A DNA stretch of 61,000 nt, filler included, from Perkinsus olseni (lineage: Eukaryota): the NCBI GenBank assembly GCA_013115125.1. It is 8 parts of 8 records of this genome, joined end to end, with 100 filler letters (N's around TTAATTAATTAA, not from the genome) between each part and the next. Parts side by side here need not be neighbours in the genome. Positions count along the whole stretch, not along the records: positions 7,733 to 15,338 come from JABANN010001017.1; positions 15,439 to 22,987 come from JABANN010001018.1; positions 23,088 to 30,630 come from JABANN010001019.1; 5 more parts are not named here. One strand, given 5' to 3'. Each line of letters opens with the position of its first letter. Position 1 is the first letter of the stretch. A program made the translations under genes and the position numbers. The notes below the pieces were generated by a model. It saw only the letters and a list, made by a program, of their open reading frames with translations, made no database searches and had not been told where the DNA came from. Below, piece after piece: positions 12,401 through 25,496 of the stretch.

Positions 12401-14251
12401 TGACGTGATTCCCGACCACTTCCAACCTACATGGCGCCGACCGCACTAAAAGATGCGCTATTATCTCGGACGCTTCGGACCAGCGCCTGACCGAGTAGCC
12501 CTCCACTCAGGAAGAAGACCAGAGTGTTTCCGACGAACCTGAGAAGAGGAAAAATATCTCTCAACCATCATTCTACAAAAATTTTATGATTAAAATACTC
12601 GGACGGCTTCCGGAAAGGGCGGCACGAGAAACATCAACTGTTTTTTGCCGATATCTTCGTCGTTCGTCACTCACACCGAGGAGTCACGCTCCTGGGGTGG
12701 CTTATCCCGGTTGTTGCCGAATTTGGGGGTGCACCGACTACGGAATCGCTGTCGTTCGCGGGATCCTCACTGGAACAGGAGTATCTTTGAAGCGCGGTCG
12801 AGACCATAGTAACACTTGGTAGATGAGTCATCTTGGCGATTGCAGGGCCCGAAAACGCCCACTGACGGCAATGTCTTACCATATGTTGGCGTTCCACCAT
12901 GAGGCTGTGAAAATTTGAGTTCTAATGGACAGATCTCCAGAAGAAAATTGCATAAACGGACGCCAATAGTTTGAGGTGTTGGGAATTTTCATTTTCCCAA
13001 ATTGAGCTAGGGAACCTTAGGTTGACCCTGGTACTACTCAATAGCATTCCAGACACTCCTTATGGTCTCCGAAGATACCAACAGGGGCTTCATCGACGCA
13101 GCCATGGTATACCTAAATCGACCAAAGATACCCCTCTTTCATAATTTTTCTGATCGACCTCAGAAAAGGCATGGAAAGAGAAGAAAACTAAATTTGTCCG
13201 AAAAAAAATCACCCGCGGTTGATCTTCCTTTTTTGCATATTACACTGCAAAAAATCGACGATTTCCGTCAATTTTTCACGCGTTCATGCCAAAAAAATTC
13301 CCGAAAATTCCCTTACCCCGCAAAACTAACAGCGAGCACTCCGCTGCTCCCCATCATTTCATCAGCAACATAATAGGATCCATAAGCAGCAATAATGGTA
13401 ACCCCCAGTTGGATAGTTCCATCCACATGACCCTGATGACCGACAGTCCGGTTCGTCCGCGACAGGCAAATTAATGCTACACCACCGACCACAACTCCTA
13501 TGATAGGTCCCAAGATACACATCTTCAACATGAAAATAATCAACCCTATCGGTGTATACCTCGCTCCAACCTCAAGATTCGCGAACAGTGTATATACAAC
13601 CATCGCCGTGCCATCATTCAGGATACTCTCTCCCGAGACTTGGTTCGTCAGCACCGGACTGACACCCAAATGATGCAGCAAAGTCACCACCGCCACCGGG
13701 TCAGTAGCGCTCAAGATCGACCCTAGGCAAAGACAAGTATAAAGATTCCACGACGGGGACAGACCCAGCCCAGGTGCGATGAGGTAATACTGAGCCGCTC
13801 CGATCGCTACGACGCTCATCAGTACCCCAACCGTCGCCAAGACCACCGCCTGTTTGAAAATTTTCTTCACCAGCTGGGTGTCCAACTCCATGCATTCGTT
13901 AAAAAGTAATACCGGTAGGAATAAAATCAGGAAAAGATGTGGGTCAATTCCCAGCCACATTTCCGTGGCCTCGCGAATCTCGTCCGGAAGCCAATTTTTC
14001 TCAGCCAAAACGGCAAAGAGCAAACCTTCGAGGAAGACCATGACAGTGTAGGGGAGGTTGGGAGCGTATCTTGATAGAATCTTTAGAGTGAGGCAACCTA
14101 ATGTGAAGGCAAGTAGGAAATAAAAGATACCAAGGGGAGACCCAGAGCTTTCACCGACCAAGGCAGGCTGATCATCAGTAGCAGCCCCGACGGGTATGAA
14201 TGACAGTGATATCCCGATAAAGCATATCCAAGGTTGACGCCTGTTAACCAT
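9411..14251 (-). CDS. SOS1/NhaP-like Na+/H+ exchanger (CPA1), multi-exon; may extend to about 7750, start could lie slightly upstream
   Basis: Exon 1 has PYTV, IDPHLFLILFLPVLLF, GSILSATDPVAVV, GESILNDGTA, SGVLAV. Hand-spliced exons give VWNAIEFVGNTLVFFLSG, WGGLRGAVALSLA, LTLLVNATT, RKTLLSAVKAEYWDFMDLG, FVAAHVRAQ, VIEESKHQVREAKEFL, FLHKIQSDL, colinear with plant SOS1 as I recall it. Confidence 0.9.
9700..9750 (+). pseudogene. Degenerate tRNA 3'-half filling a predicted 51-nt intron
   Basis: GGTAAGCGAAACAC-CCAGG-TTCGATC-CCCGA-GGGCGAC-A. Confidence 0.6.
9975..10019 (-). pseudogene. Degenerate tRNA 3'-half in intron 9947-10019
   Basis: GTGGGTGGTGAGGC-GCAGG-TTCGATC-CCGAC-ATGTTGC-A-TTTTT. Confidence 0.6.
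10374..10421 (-). pseudogene. Degenerate tRNA 3'-half forming a 48-nt intron
   Basis: GTAACTCTCATGCTGACGAC-CCAGG-TTCGAAT-CCCAC-ACCCGAC-A-CAG; its removal joins EAKE/FLRK in frame. Confidence 0.7.
10682..10726 (-). pseudogene. Degenerate tRNA 3'-half at the 5' end of intron 10509-10726
   Basis: GTGGGTGGTGAGGTG-GCCGA-TTCGAAT-CCTGG-GACCGGC-G-TTTTT. Confidence 0.55.
10972..11050 (-). pseudogene. Near full-length degenerate tRNA-like unit in intron 10969-11134
   Basis: A-box-like TGGCGTAGTG, then GAAGGTT-CCCGG-ATCGATT-TCCAC-GGATGTC-A-TTTT. Confidence 0.6.
11077..11125 (-). pseudogene. Degenerate tRNA 3'-half in intron 10969-11134
   Basis: GGTAATTCGAAGGTC-CCCGG-ATCGAAT-CCCCG-CTGCTTTC-ATTT. Confidence 0.6.
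11229..11278 (+). pseudogene. Degenerate tRNA 3'-half forming a 50-nt intron (antisense to gene)
   Basis: ATCAGAGGTC-GCAGG-TTCGATC-CCCGC-GGCCTGC-A-TTTTT; its removal joins VKAE/YWDF in frame. Confidence 0.72.
11694..11748 (+). pseudogene. Degenerate tRNA 3'-half forming a 55-nt intron (antisense to gene)
   Basis: CTACGGCAACCGAGAGGTC-CCCGG-TTCGAAT-CCCAG-TAGAGAC-A-TATTTT; its removal joins AREM/YDEL in frame. Confidence 0.72.
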
Positions 14252-14685
14252 GGAATTAAAACACTGAGAGGCCATACTTTGCTGAATGTTGTCCATCGAA
14301 TGTGGCAAGTCCGTACCACACTTTCCCCAACTCCTGCCCAAGAGCATCAACAACTCAATACCACAATTTGCAACAACAAACCATGGGCACCACTACTAGC
14401 CTCCACCACCTTCGATATCATCATCGCTGAGCTGAAACAACGACACACGATATCATACACGATGACAAATAACAACGTCTACAAGTCAATCGGTTTCAAG
14501 TTATTTCCGATCCATCACAATTATAATTGCAATATTTGGTGCAATATTTCCCTCCTCAGCCCCACCCCCGGCCACCTGTGAATTAGATTCCAATCTATGC
14601 TACACCGCAAGACTCAAGCTGTATTTTTCCTCATGAATAACATGTCATATTATTAATGAAGCAATCGGAGAGATCCGGGATCGCC

Positions 14686-14724
14686 GGTGGCCCGGTCGAG
14701 GGTTCGAATCAGGGCACCGCATTT
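14686..14724 (+). pseudogene. B-box/tRNA-like relic upstream of the exchanger
   Basis: GGTC-GAGGG-TTCGAAT-CAGGG-CACCGC-ATTT. Confidence 0.4.
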
Positions 14725-15338
14725 CTCATTCTCAACATTTTAATCTCAATTTAGATGCCCTTCTTGACGATCCAAAGAGTTGCCGCTCCAATTTGAAACA
14801 CTTTGGTTAAAATCTTCAAGATCAAATCATAAAAAGGCAACTCCATTTCCGAACTATTCACAACGACGCAACTTCAAATTAGCATGGTCGAACTTCCATC
14901 CTGTATTCGGGGCACTTCCATCAGTGATAATTCCACTACAGCAACAAATCTCCATCACCAGTGGTGATTCACCACTACCTCTTCATAATTCGCGCCGGGC
15001 GTATCCCGTAAAACTGTCTTCTCCCACTCCCCCAACCTCTCCACGCTGCCCTCGGCCCGCCTCTGCCCTGCCCTCCGCTCGACCTCACGGAATGGCATCC
15101 TGAAGTGAAACCATCAACACTGCAACGGACGTCCGAACATCATTCGCGGAACGGAGCCTGCCGGAAATGACCGGGGGGGGGGGAAACTGCGGAAAAACTT
15201 CTTGTCCACTCCCAGAAAATATTTTCTAACCCTTCGAGTTTCGCGCCACCCGAAGTAATCTCAGATACAGTACCCGCCATCTAAAGACAGGTAAACTTTC
15301 AACGGGGCTCACGCATTCAGTTTTTAGAGTTAGGGGAT

Positions 15339-15438
15339 NNNNNNNNNNNNNNNNNNNNNNNNNNNNNNNNNNNNNNNNNNNNTTAATTAATTAANNNNNN
15401 NNNNNNNNNNNNNNNNNNNNNNNNNNNNNNNNNNNNNN
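15339..15438. other. Artificial contig linker
   Basis: N44-TTAATTAATTAA-N44. Confidence 0.99.
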
Positions 15439-16763
15439 GACAGCAGCACACGAGGCCTACCGGTCATGGCTGATAGCGTTCATCCTCCTACTCCTCTCAA
15501 CGTGCCCCCTACTCACATCACGGACCTACGGGAAGGCGGCGCTGCCACCACCGCACCAACACGGCAGTCTTACATGCCAATTGCCTTCCATAATGTATCG
15601 ATTTTTGAATCGTTCCTTCCTCTCATCAGCTGCTACAGCCATCGCTTTCAAGGCAGCTGGGTTGTTAACTTCGTGGGTCACAAGGTTCCAATAATTAGTC
15701 GCCCTTCCCCTGACACCAAACCGCAGTAGAGATGAGGGTAAGGCGTACAAGCGGTGACTTTATGCAGGGTGGCTGCTGTGCCAAGGCTCTTTTGACTCGT
15801 TCAGTCTCCATAGCATCAAAGCGTTCCTTCATACCTAGAGCGGAGAAACCCTAACAAATCAACACTATTTGCGTGATATTATTACGAGCATCTTCCTCAG
15901 GGTCGGCAAACCGCTGTAGTACAGGGTTGAATCGATTCCTCTGAGCAGAGAAAGTGACAGTACAACAACTAAGACTTCAAAGCATCACGAGGGAGAGCAA
16001 ACCGGTCACCAAACAATAGCATATGTAGAATGCTGCTGGTGCGACGGCGACGGCCAATCTACGAGGGAAGAAGCCACCACTACCAGCCAGAAAGCGGACT
16101 CACGAAGGTCGTGAGCATTGACTATGACCCCCTCCTCCTGAGTAGTACCGCTCTATATTTTGCCGCTGCCAACGCCCTCTGTAAGGACACTTCCTTCTTT
16201 GCCTTTTGATCATGATCATAGAGATACCTCGTGGTGATTATGTTGTAGTCCTTCTCGGTGTAAGACGGCACGAGACGCTCCTTCTGAGAGGCCACCCTTC
16301 CTGCTGCCATAACGAGCAGTCAGTGACACTACCCTCCTCAACCTCCTCCCATCACCAGTCTTTGGCCGGTCCTCGGGATGAGCCCAGTGGTGGACACCAT
16401 GTGACAGGTTAGAAAGTATATTATAGTCCACCAGAGTTGTAGGCATGCCGCGCCTTCCCACTCGTGGTTTGCTATACCTGACCTCCCCGGCCTAGACGGT
16501 CCCCAATACGAAGACGACTACTACGTTAGGGTCATAGGATGGTCACCACTGAGACCCTGCAGCTTTGAAGCGTTGTTGATGATATCGAAGGGCTGCTCCC
16601 TCAGCAGCTGTATATCCCGCGCTGCGTTCAAGTGCCTGACGGTCACATAATAGAGCCACTCGAACCCAACAGCTACTCACTTCAAGCGAGCCTTTTCCTC
16701 CTCCGTCCTGAGGGCAAGGTCACCCTCCCTATCTCGTAGACCGCCTACTATCTTCGTAGCCAT
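15439..16763 (-). CDS. Hypothetical protein with recurring (Y/F)(N/D)I(I/L)(T/S/N) motifs, 3'-partial
   Basis: ATG 16763 (MATKIVGGLRD); exons contain FDIINN, YNILSN, YNIITTRY, YWNLVTH; runs to the contig edge. Confidence 0.6.
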
Positions 16764-16962
16764 GATCAAGTTGCCAACTGTGACACTACTCCCTCCCCAC
16801 TTGGTATAACTCGGGAAAGGAGTGGTATCAGGTAACAGAAATTCTTACTACATGAAACTCACAATGCTGCTGCTACCGCGAGTGGTGGAGAGTAGGCCCA
16901 GACTTACAGGTCGAACGCGCCCAGACTTACAGAAAATCGTAAAAAGTCAAACATAACAGAAA

Positions 16963-18769
<1,807 letters not shown>

Positions 18770-18906
18770 GGATAACGATCAAAGATCAGCCTACCACCGA
18801 TCCATGGCTAATGGTATATTGAAAATACGAAGAACTGCTATTGATATGCAAAGGATTACCATCATACAGTCTATGTAATTAACCGTAGTTTACGACGGAA
18901 AGGAGG

Positions 18907-20324
18907 TCACTCCCCGCTATAAGTGAATTCATCGAAGCCCGAGGGGCTGTCCGCGGGGCCATTTCTTGCCCCCTTCCTTGTCCTCGCACTTCCTCCACGC
19001 TCTCCTCGTTTCCTTTTAGACGGAGTAGCTTTCGCCGGACTGCTGTTATGATGACCCTCCTTAACCCCCCGACCCTTGAGGTAATCCGACAACTCCTCAT
19101 CACACTTGGCAGCCTCTGCGACATCCAAAATACTGTCGCCAGTGGCCTTGTCGATCACTTTCAAATTACCACCTATTCGGCCTACCAGCCTGAATGCCGC
19201 CACAGGGTCGGTGCATTTGATACACCTGTAACCGTATAGTTCAACAGAGAGAATTGCAGGCGGTACTACCCTACCGTCGTAGCAGGTCGAAAGGCCTCTG
19301 CTGGATCATCTGCCCGAGCCCTACCAGCAGTAGGTTGACATCAGGCCACACTTCTACTGGGAGTCGTGCTTCCAGCTGTTGCCTTGTAGCCTCAGGGGTC
19401 TCTGCAAGAGTGGCCTGTAGAAGTGATGTGGTGTTGACAGTCCCGCCTACTAGCATCCTTAGTCCACCCAAGCATGGCAGCTATACGATGCACATGCGTA
19501 TCGACGCAGATGCCAGCATCTCTACGACCATGGCCGACCTCCATAACCTACACCATATCGTATGCCCTAGAGGAAGGAGCAGGAGGGGCCTTCTCACCAA
19601 AACCGCCATCTTCGGGCCAACTCCGGGTAGACTGAGTAAACCCTCCATAGTATCCGGTACCTGGTAATACTTCCGCGGCCGTGTCACCATCTCTCCATCC
19701 CTACTTTGCCGTGAAAGCGATCTTCCAATAGGTTAGCCACTCGAATGAGATTCCTAGTTTTGGTGTTATGGAACCCAACACCTTTTATCTGGGCATCCAG
19801 TTCCTTCTCTTCCATGGCAGCCAGGTTCTTCCTAGTCAGCCCTCCCTTCCCTTTAAAATAAACATGTAGATTATGCATCGCCTTAGCATTCTCCTGAAGG
19901 CATCATCATTCGCCTCACCGTTTCTGACACCTCTACCTGATCTTTCGTCTGGCTGCTCAGCATCACTGCCACCAGTAACTGGAATCTTCTGTCCTCGGGC
20001 TCAGCCTCAGAGTCGGTCAACATATGGCAGCCCATAGTGTCCACAGGGGCATCCCGAATGGCCCTCAGCTGAGTGACTATGGCCCAGACCTGGCAGTGAG
20101 CCTCGCCAAAGTGCAGCACACTTCCACTGGCTGTCATACCTCGTCGAAATCCCTGGGCTTTTCCACAAAGCCGTCCTTTCCCGTCCGCCCCCTTCTACCA
20201 GGCTTCCCCTGCTGGTGACCACTAACCCTGCCAGTTAACCTAAGAGGCCTACCTCACTGGCTTCACAGTCTGCCTTGTTCCCTTTCGTTTCGGCCGGTTT
20301 GCTTCCCTCGCCCTGAAGTCCCAT
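18907..20324 (-). CDS. NTH1: Endonuclease III-like DNA glycosylase/AP lyase (HhH-GPD)
   Basis: APVDTMGC, RFQLLVAVMLSSQTKD, VGFHNTK, HhH motif LLSLPGVGPKMA, GVDTHVHR, NLLLVGLGQ. Confidence 0.92.
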
Positions 20325-20593
20325 GACTACCCAGGACTCTCAACTACGATACTACCGGTGGTACAGTGGGAGGGGCGATACACAACAGCCGAGGGGACCG
20401 CCGCATAACTACCGAAGCAAAGGTAAGACATTAAAACACCAACGACTTGTCTTGCAAGATCGCGTTCTACGCCGTCCCGTTCATGCGCCCTACTTCGTTG
20501 AGAAAATGCAAGAGTGCAAGTCATCCAAGTGTGCCACTGACTGCTGTTCTCTAGCATAAGTCAATACGCCCCTTCTTTCAGTGGATTGTCTTT

Positions 20594-22293
20594 ATGCCTA
20601 TTGAGCCCTCAATGCCTTCTCTGGCTGATGACGTGAGGGCAGCCTACTGCAATGATTTCGGAGGGGCTTCTTCCAAGGTAGTTGTCAGATCCCCAGGCCG
20701 GGTTAATCTGATAGGCGAGCACATAGACTACAACGGCTTTGGAGTGCTACCCTGTGCCATTGAAAGGTAGTTCGGGAGGGTTCGGTACGGCTCAGGAAGG
20801 GCCAAAGTGAGGTTGTGTTAAGGTACACCTTCATAGCCGCCGGCCTGTCTGAGGAGGGGACCTCAGATTTGCTGTCGTTGAGACACATGGACGAGAAAGA
20901 GTTCACACCCAAGGTTATCACAGCCTTGCCGGACACTACACCGATACCAGTACGCTCTAGTGTCTCTCTCGCTGCCTCTCGAAGCCACTTCTGTTAGGTT
21001 CACCATTGGACCAACTACGTCCTGGCTGCCTACTTGGGCCTTCGTGAAAAGCTGGGCGCTGAGGCTTTACCGACTGGCAGGTGCATCCGGATGGTTGTGA
21101 CCGGCAACTTGCCCCGGGCTGCTGGCGTATCGTCAAGTATTACAACCGACTCAGTATCATGAACTGTACATCTGTCAACCCTCAAGGTTCCTCCTTGGTC
21201 GTCGCCGCGGCTCTGGCCATTCTAGGTGTCTTTGGCATTGAGGATAAGCTCACTAGGCTGCAGCTTGCCGGTGTCTGTGCTGCCTGTGAGAGGTAGTGGA
21301 AGTAACACTACTACTGCGCCTCACCCTTCGGCAGGTTCGTTGGTACTGCAGGCGGCGGAATGGACCAGGCAGCAATCCTCCTATCCAGACGAGGTGCTGC
21401 TACGCACATCACCTTCACCCCGGTCTTGAAGGCTGGGCCAGTGCCCCTCCCTCAAGGCTCCCAGTTTATAGTGGCTAATTCACTGGTATCCAGTGCTAAG
21501 GCCGAGACCGCTCCCTTCAGGTGAGTGGGCTTCCGATGGCTGGTGATAGTGTAGTAGTGGAAATAGGTATAACAAGCGTGTGTTCGAGTGCCGTATCGCG
21601 GCCTATCTGGTCCATAAGGGCCTTGGCCTGGACGAGGCCCTTGTGAAGGATATCTGCACATACAACTTTGCCGATCTCATGAACAATACTGCCGTCACCG
21701 ATCTATCACAAATGTTAAACAAATGCGAGGCTATATTACCGGAGGAGCCGCAGACTCGGGAACAAGTACTGTAGTAGTCAAAAGACGACCATCTTGCAAT
21801 CTTACCTCATCTTGCTATTCCTCAGATATCAGCAGTAGTACCACAGTCCATTATAGACCGTCTTCTGGATCATCGCTGTGGGCGGTCCGTGTGGGAGCTT
21901 AATGATGATTTCCATCTACTGGAGAGGACTCGGCACGTCTACACCGAGGCCAATCGCGTCCTTGCCTTTGCTGCTGGTGGGAAGTGCCTCACTGACCTCG
22001 GCCATATGTTAACAGACAGCCATAAGTCCTGTTCGGGCGACTACGACTGTTCCTGCAGTGAGCTCGATGACCTGGTCAAGTGCTTCTTGGAGGCTGGTGC
22101 TCTCGGGGCGCGCCTTACTGGTGCCGGCTGGGGAGGCTGCGTGGTGGCTATGGTCCGAGAAGGCGACAGCGAGCGGGTTATGGCCGCGGTACGGAAATCT
22201 TACTATGACAAGAGGGGCCTTGCTGGGACGAGCGATGTTATGTTCTCCTTCGAACCCGCTGATGGAGCCCAGGATTTCCGGCTGCCTGAGTAG
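20594..22293 (+). CDS. Galactokinase/N-acetylgalactosamine kinase (GHMP family), multi-exon
   Basis: [64 protein letters not shown]. Confidence 0.94.
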
Positions 22294-22428
22294 AGTCCTT
22301 TAAACAGATAATGTACAGGTTAATCCGAATGTTTAGATTAGTTTCTTCAGGGTTGATAGTCGTGTTGAGTGATAATCTCTCTTGGGGTAACTCTTGAGGT
22401 AGGAGGTTCAAAAGGCAGCGCTTGTGTA

Positions 22429-22987
22429 ATGGCAGACGTGGGAGCAGCATCGGCAGTAGTAGACGAGGACTATGAGAGTCTAGCGCATACGAAGCCACCA
22501 GAGCCGGAGCCGGCCCGAGTTATGGAAATGGACGAAGTGAAGGCTAGAAGAAGGGCGATGAAGGCTAGGGAGTTCAGGTAGGGTTGATGATGGTGGGATA
22601 CCCTTCACGGACTGGGGTTTCTGAGCTCAGGCAGTATCTGGTGGACGTCGGCTTGGTAGAGGCAATCGTTAAGATGTTCGTGGGGCTGCTGGAGGCTGAC
22701 CAATTACCTCACCTGGATGACAGCCGACCAGAGACTCACCTGACCATGGGCAATAAGATTCTCACGGTCAGTCCTTCTAGCCAACTTCGTCACTGCGCCA
22801 TAAAATTGTGCGCTCCGCATATGGATGATCAGGGTGCTCTCAGGATTTCTTCGGGGAGTACCGTGATCCTGCCTGGGATGAAGTGGAAGCTCTCGAAGTT
22901 GAGAATGCAGAGCTGCGCCAATCTATAGGGGTGCTGAAGGGAAAGATACCCCAGCTGGAGGAAAGTATTGTTAAAGCGCGCACCGAC
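22429..22987 (+). CDS. MYCBP/AMY-1-like docking-domain protein, 3'-partial
   Basis: EFRQYLVDVGLVEAIVKMFVGLLE followed by a coiled coil (EVEALEVENAELRQSI); resembles the c-Myc-binding protein family. Confidence 0.55.
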
Positions 22988-23087
22988 NNNNNNNNNNNNN
23001 NNNNNNNNNNNNNNNNNNNNNNNNNNNNNNNTTAATTAATTAANNNNNNNNNNNNNNNNNNNNNNNNNNNNNNNNNNNNNNNNNNNN
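22988..23087. other. Artificial contig linker
   Basis: N44-TTAATTAATTAA-N44. Confidence 0.99.
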
Positions 23088-23526
23088 GCATAAGTGGATA
23101 GAAGATGATCTCGCCAATGTTAACCGTACCAAGACGCCATGGGTCATCGTTACCGGTCACAGACCCATGCACTCGCCCTGTCCCTTTGGTAAGTTCAACG
23201 GGGAAATCGCGGATGCGCTGAAGTCTGATGTGGCCCCTCTTCTGAAGAAGTACAAAGTGGATCTCTATTTCACCGGTCACCTGCATCGGTATGCTCGGAC
23301 TCCTCCCATCGACGGTACGGTCCACATTCTGGCCGGCTCGGGACGATTCTTAGATGCCGTTTGTTCGGCCAAAGGAACGTCCCCTATGGAAAAAGCTCTT
23401 GATATCGTCGGTTATGTTGAGCTTGATGTGGTGGGAAGAAGCGAGCTCCGGGGTACCTTCTGGGGCTATAATGCTACCATGGATGAGATGACCGTACAAG
23501 ATACCTTTGCCATTGGAAGCCTCTGA
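23088..23526 (+). CDS. Purple acid phosphatase-like metallophosphoesterase, 5'-partial
   Basis: WIEDDLANVNRTKTPWVIVTGHRPM and KYKVDLYFTGHLHRYAR (GHxHxYxR). Confidence 0.88.
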
Positions 23527-24168
23527 TGAATGCTTCTTGCAACTGTGTCGCCCAAGGCCTTTGTCAGTCTGTCGACCAAAACATATAAGTGTCATGTAAG
23601 ATGTGTCTTGCAACGCTGTTCAGTCAGTCCGTCCGTCACCTTTGTCCCGTCTCGTTGTTGAGGCTACTCGTCGTAGTATTCTTAAGAATCTCCCGCAGCC
23701 ACCGTGCTGACACCGAGCGACTCTCGTGTAGCTTCTTGAGAAGTTTAATCGCTGGGCCGCAGCCCCAGTGTTGACCGAGGATCTTGAACTCAAATGCTTT
23801 TACTGTCTTTTCGCTTCCGCGATGGCGTTGCGTTGAGAAAGTATCCATTCCAATTTCCCCGTGACGTTCACCGCTGTTGTCGTGCGGACGGCGGCTGTAT
23901 CCGGTTGGCATGGAGCCAGCTTCACACCGATGAAGCTCGTCGTTCGGCTTCATCCCACTCGGAGTCCTCAGAAGACTGTCCAGTTTTCGGAGGCAAATCG
24001 ACTACATCGTGGTTTACTCTGAACCACAGCGAACTCAACTTAGCGGAAAAGCTGATGGGTTTTTTAGCGAAAATCGTCGTTATTTTTTTGGTGGGTTGGC
24101 GATATCCGGAAGTTGGACCCTGCTCTCGACGAGTATTGGTGGCGGTTATCTCCGAGTACGCTCATGGT

Positions 24169-24308
24169 GGACAACGGTGGCTTTCAAGTGTTCCATACTC
24201 GGTGGACAACGGTGGTTTGCAAGAGTTTCATACTCGGAGGGCAACGGTGGTTTGCAAGAGTTCCATACTCGGAGGGCAACGCTGGTTTGCAAGAGTTCCA
24301 TACTCGGA
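24169..24308 (+). repeat. Four tandem 35-bp units
   Basis: Consensus GGRCAACGGTGGTTTGCAAGAGTTCCATACTCGGA at 24169, 24204, 24239, 24274; no spacers. Confidence 0.95.
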
Positions 24309-24797
24309 GGGATGCTTTTCTCCGGGTCGGTTTCAATTCCGAGCTAGAATCACCGCTACGGTCCGTCCGAGTAGCACGCCCTTCCCCAAGTCTTATGGCT
24401 AAAGCTGCTGAGCACGAGTCAGTCTCCTATGGTCATGAAAGTCGCGATGGAGTCGATGAATGTGGCTCAGCTTGTTAATGACCGACTGATTGAGAACCCC
24501 ATACTCGGGTTTCGTCATCTGGAAGTTGATCTTTCGTCTGCTGCCTTCGTGCCATTCCCCACTTAGTTCACGGTGGTGGCCTCTCACTGTGGCAAGATGT
24601 GGTCAGCAAAATATACTTAACAAACTATTGTTTTGACCACATTCGGCTCCGCAGCGTGACGCTGCCAGCGTCATTGCCTCTGACGGTGAGCTTGTTTTGT
24701 GTCTGACGGCGTCCTCCCATGAAGTTCGACCAGTCATTGTGTTCACGAGTCGGAGGGTTCAACCACTGCAGGCTTCCACAGCACACACCTTCTTCTT

Positions 24798-25228
24798 GTG
24801 ATGGTTCCCGCCGCGGCCCTCCTCCTGTCGACTCTCTTCTTCGCGCTCGGGCTCTTCATCACGGGATGCTCAGGGAATTCCGAGAATTCCCCGACACCAG
24901 GCCCAAGCCCGGCTACGACTGCCAGACCAACTGCTGGCAATTGCGTTTCGGTGTCACCTGCTGAGCTCGAACACAGTTACGACCCTGTCAAGGTTACCTG
25001 GCATGAGTCGGTCAAGGAGGGGGATATCATCGCCTTCTCGTTGAAGAATAAGTCCGACCCCTTTCAGGGTGATGCCTTCAGGATAATATTATCGGCACTT
25101 AACGACAGTACCAATGAGTACCAACTCAATCTGGTCAACCCACGTGGTGGTGGTTACACGGTCAGTTATCGTACTGCCAATGGTACGGATGTCTGTTCAA
25201 CAGATCTTACCTTCGCCCAGGGTGATGA
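24798..25228 (+). CDS. Predicted secreted protein, truncated by LTR insertion
   Basis: Hydrophobic N-terminus MVPAAALLLSTLFFALGLFITGC and a Pro/Thr linker; the ORF runs into the LTR at 25229. Confidence 0.6.
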
Positions 25229-25483
25229 TGTTAGGAGTTCACGCTCATCGTCTTCGCCACTAGGAGTGCGCAATTCAGGGAAGGACATTGGATAATGCAA
25301 TAATAATAATAACCAATACAAACCTGCGTCAGTAGTGAGATAGCGTTATACACATTAACACGATATACTTAGCAGTACTACTGAATCTTTGGGGAGAGAC
25401 CGTTACAAAGATACACGAAACGGTCAAGGCGAGGCGAGATGTGTGGTATCAAACGGAGCGAAGTATCATCATTATCATTATCA
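25229..25483 (-). repeat. 3' LTR (about 255 bp)
   Basis: On minus strand, PPT AAGGGGGGGAGAGGA is followed by TGATAA... and ends ...CTAACA. The distal boundary is inferred from TG..CA because the 5' LTR is absent. Confidence 0.7.
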
Positions 25484-25496
25484 TCCTCTCCCCCCC

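Noticed and set aside
16756-16770. Spliced-leader relic (CGTAGCCAT..TCAAG)
   Set aside because: It is the reverse complement of the start codon region (ATGGCTACG) of the minus-strand gene; the partial match is likely chance.
24169-24308. CRISPR array (35-bp repeats)
   Set aside because: Units are head to tail without spacers, there are no cas genes, and the context is eukaryotic.
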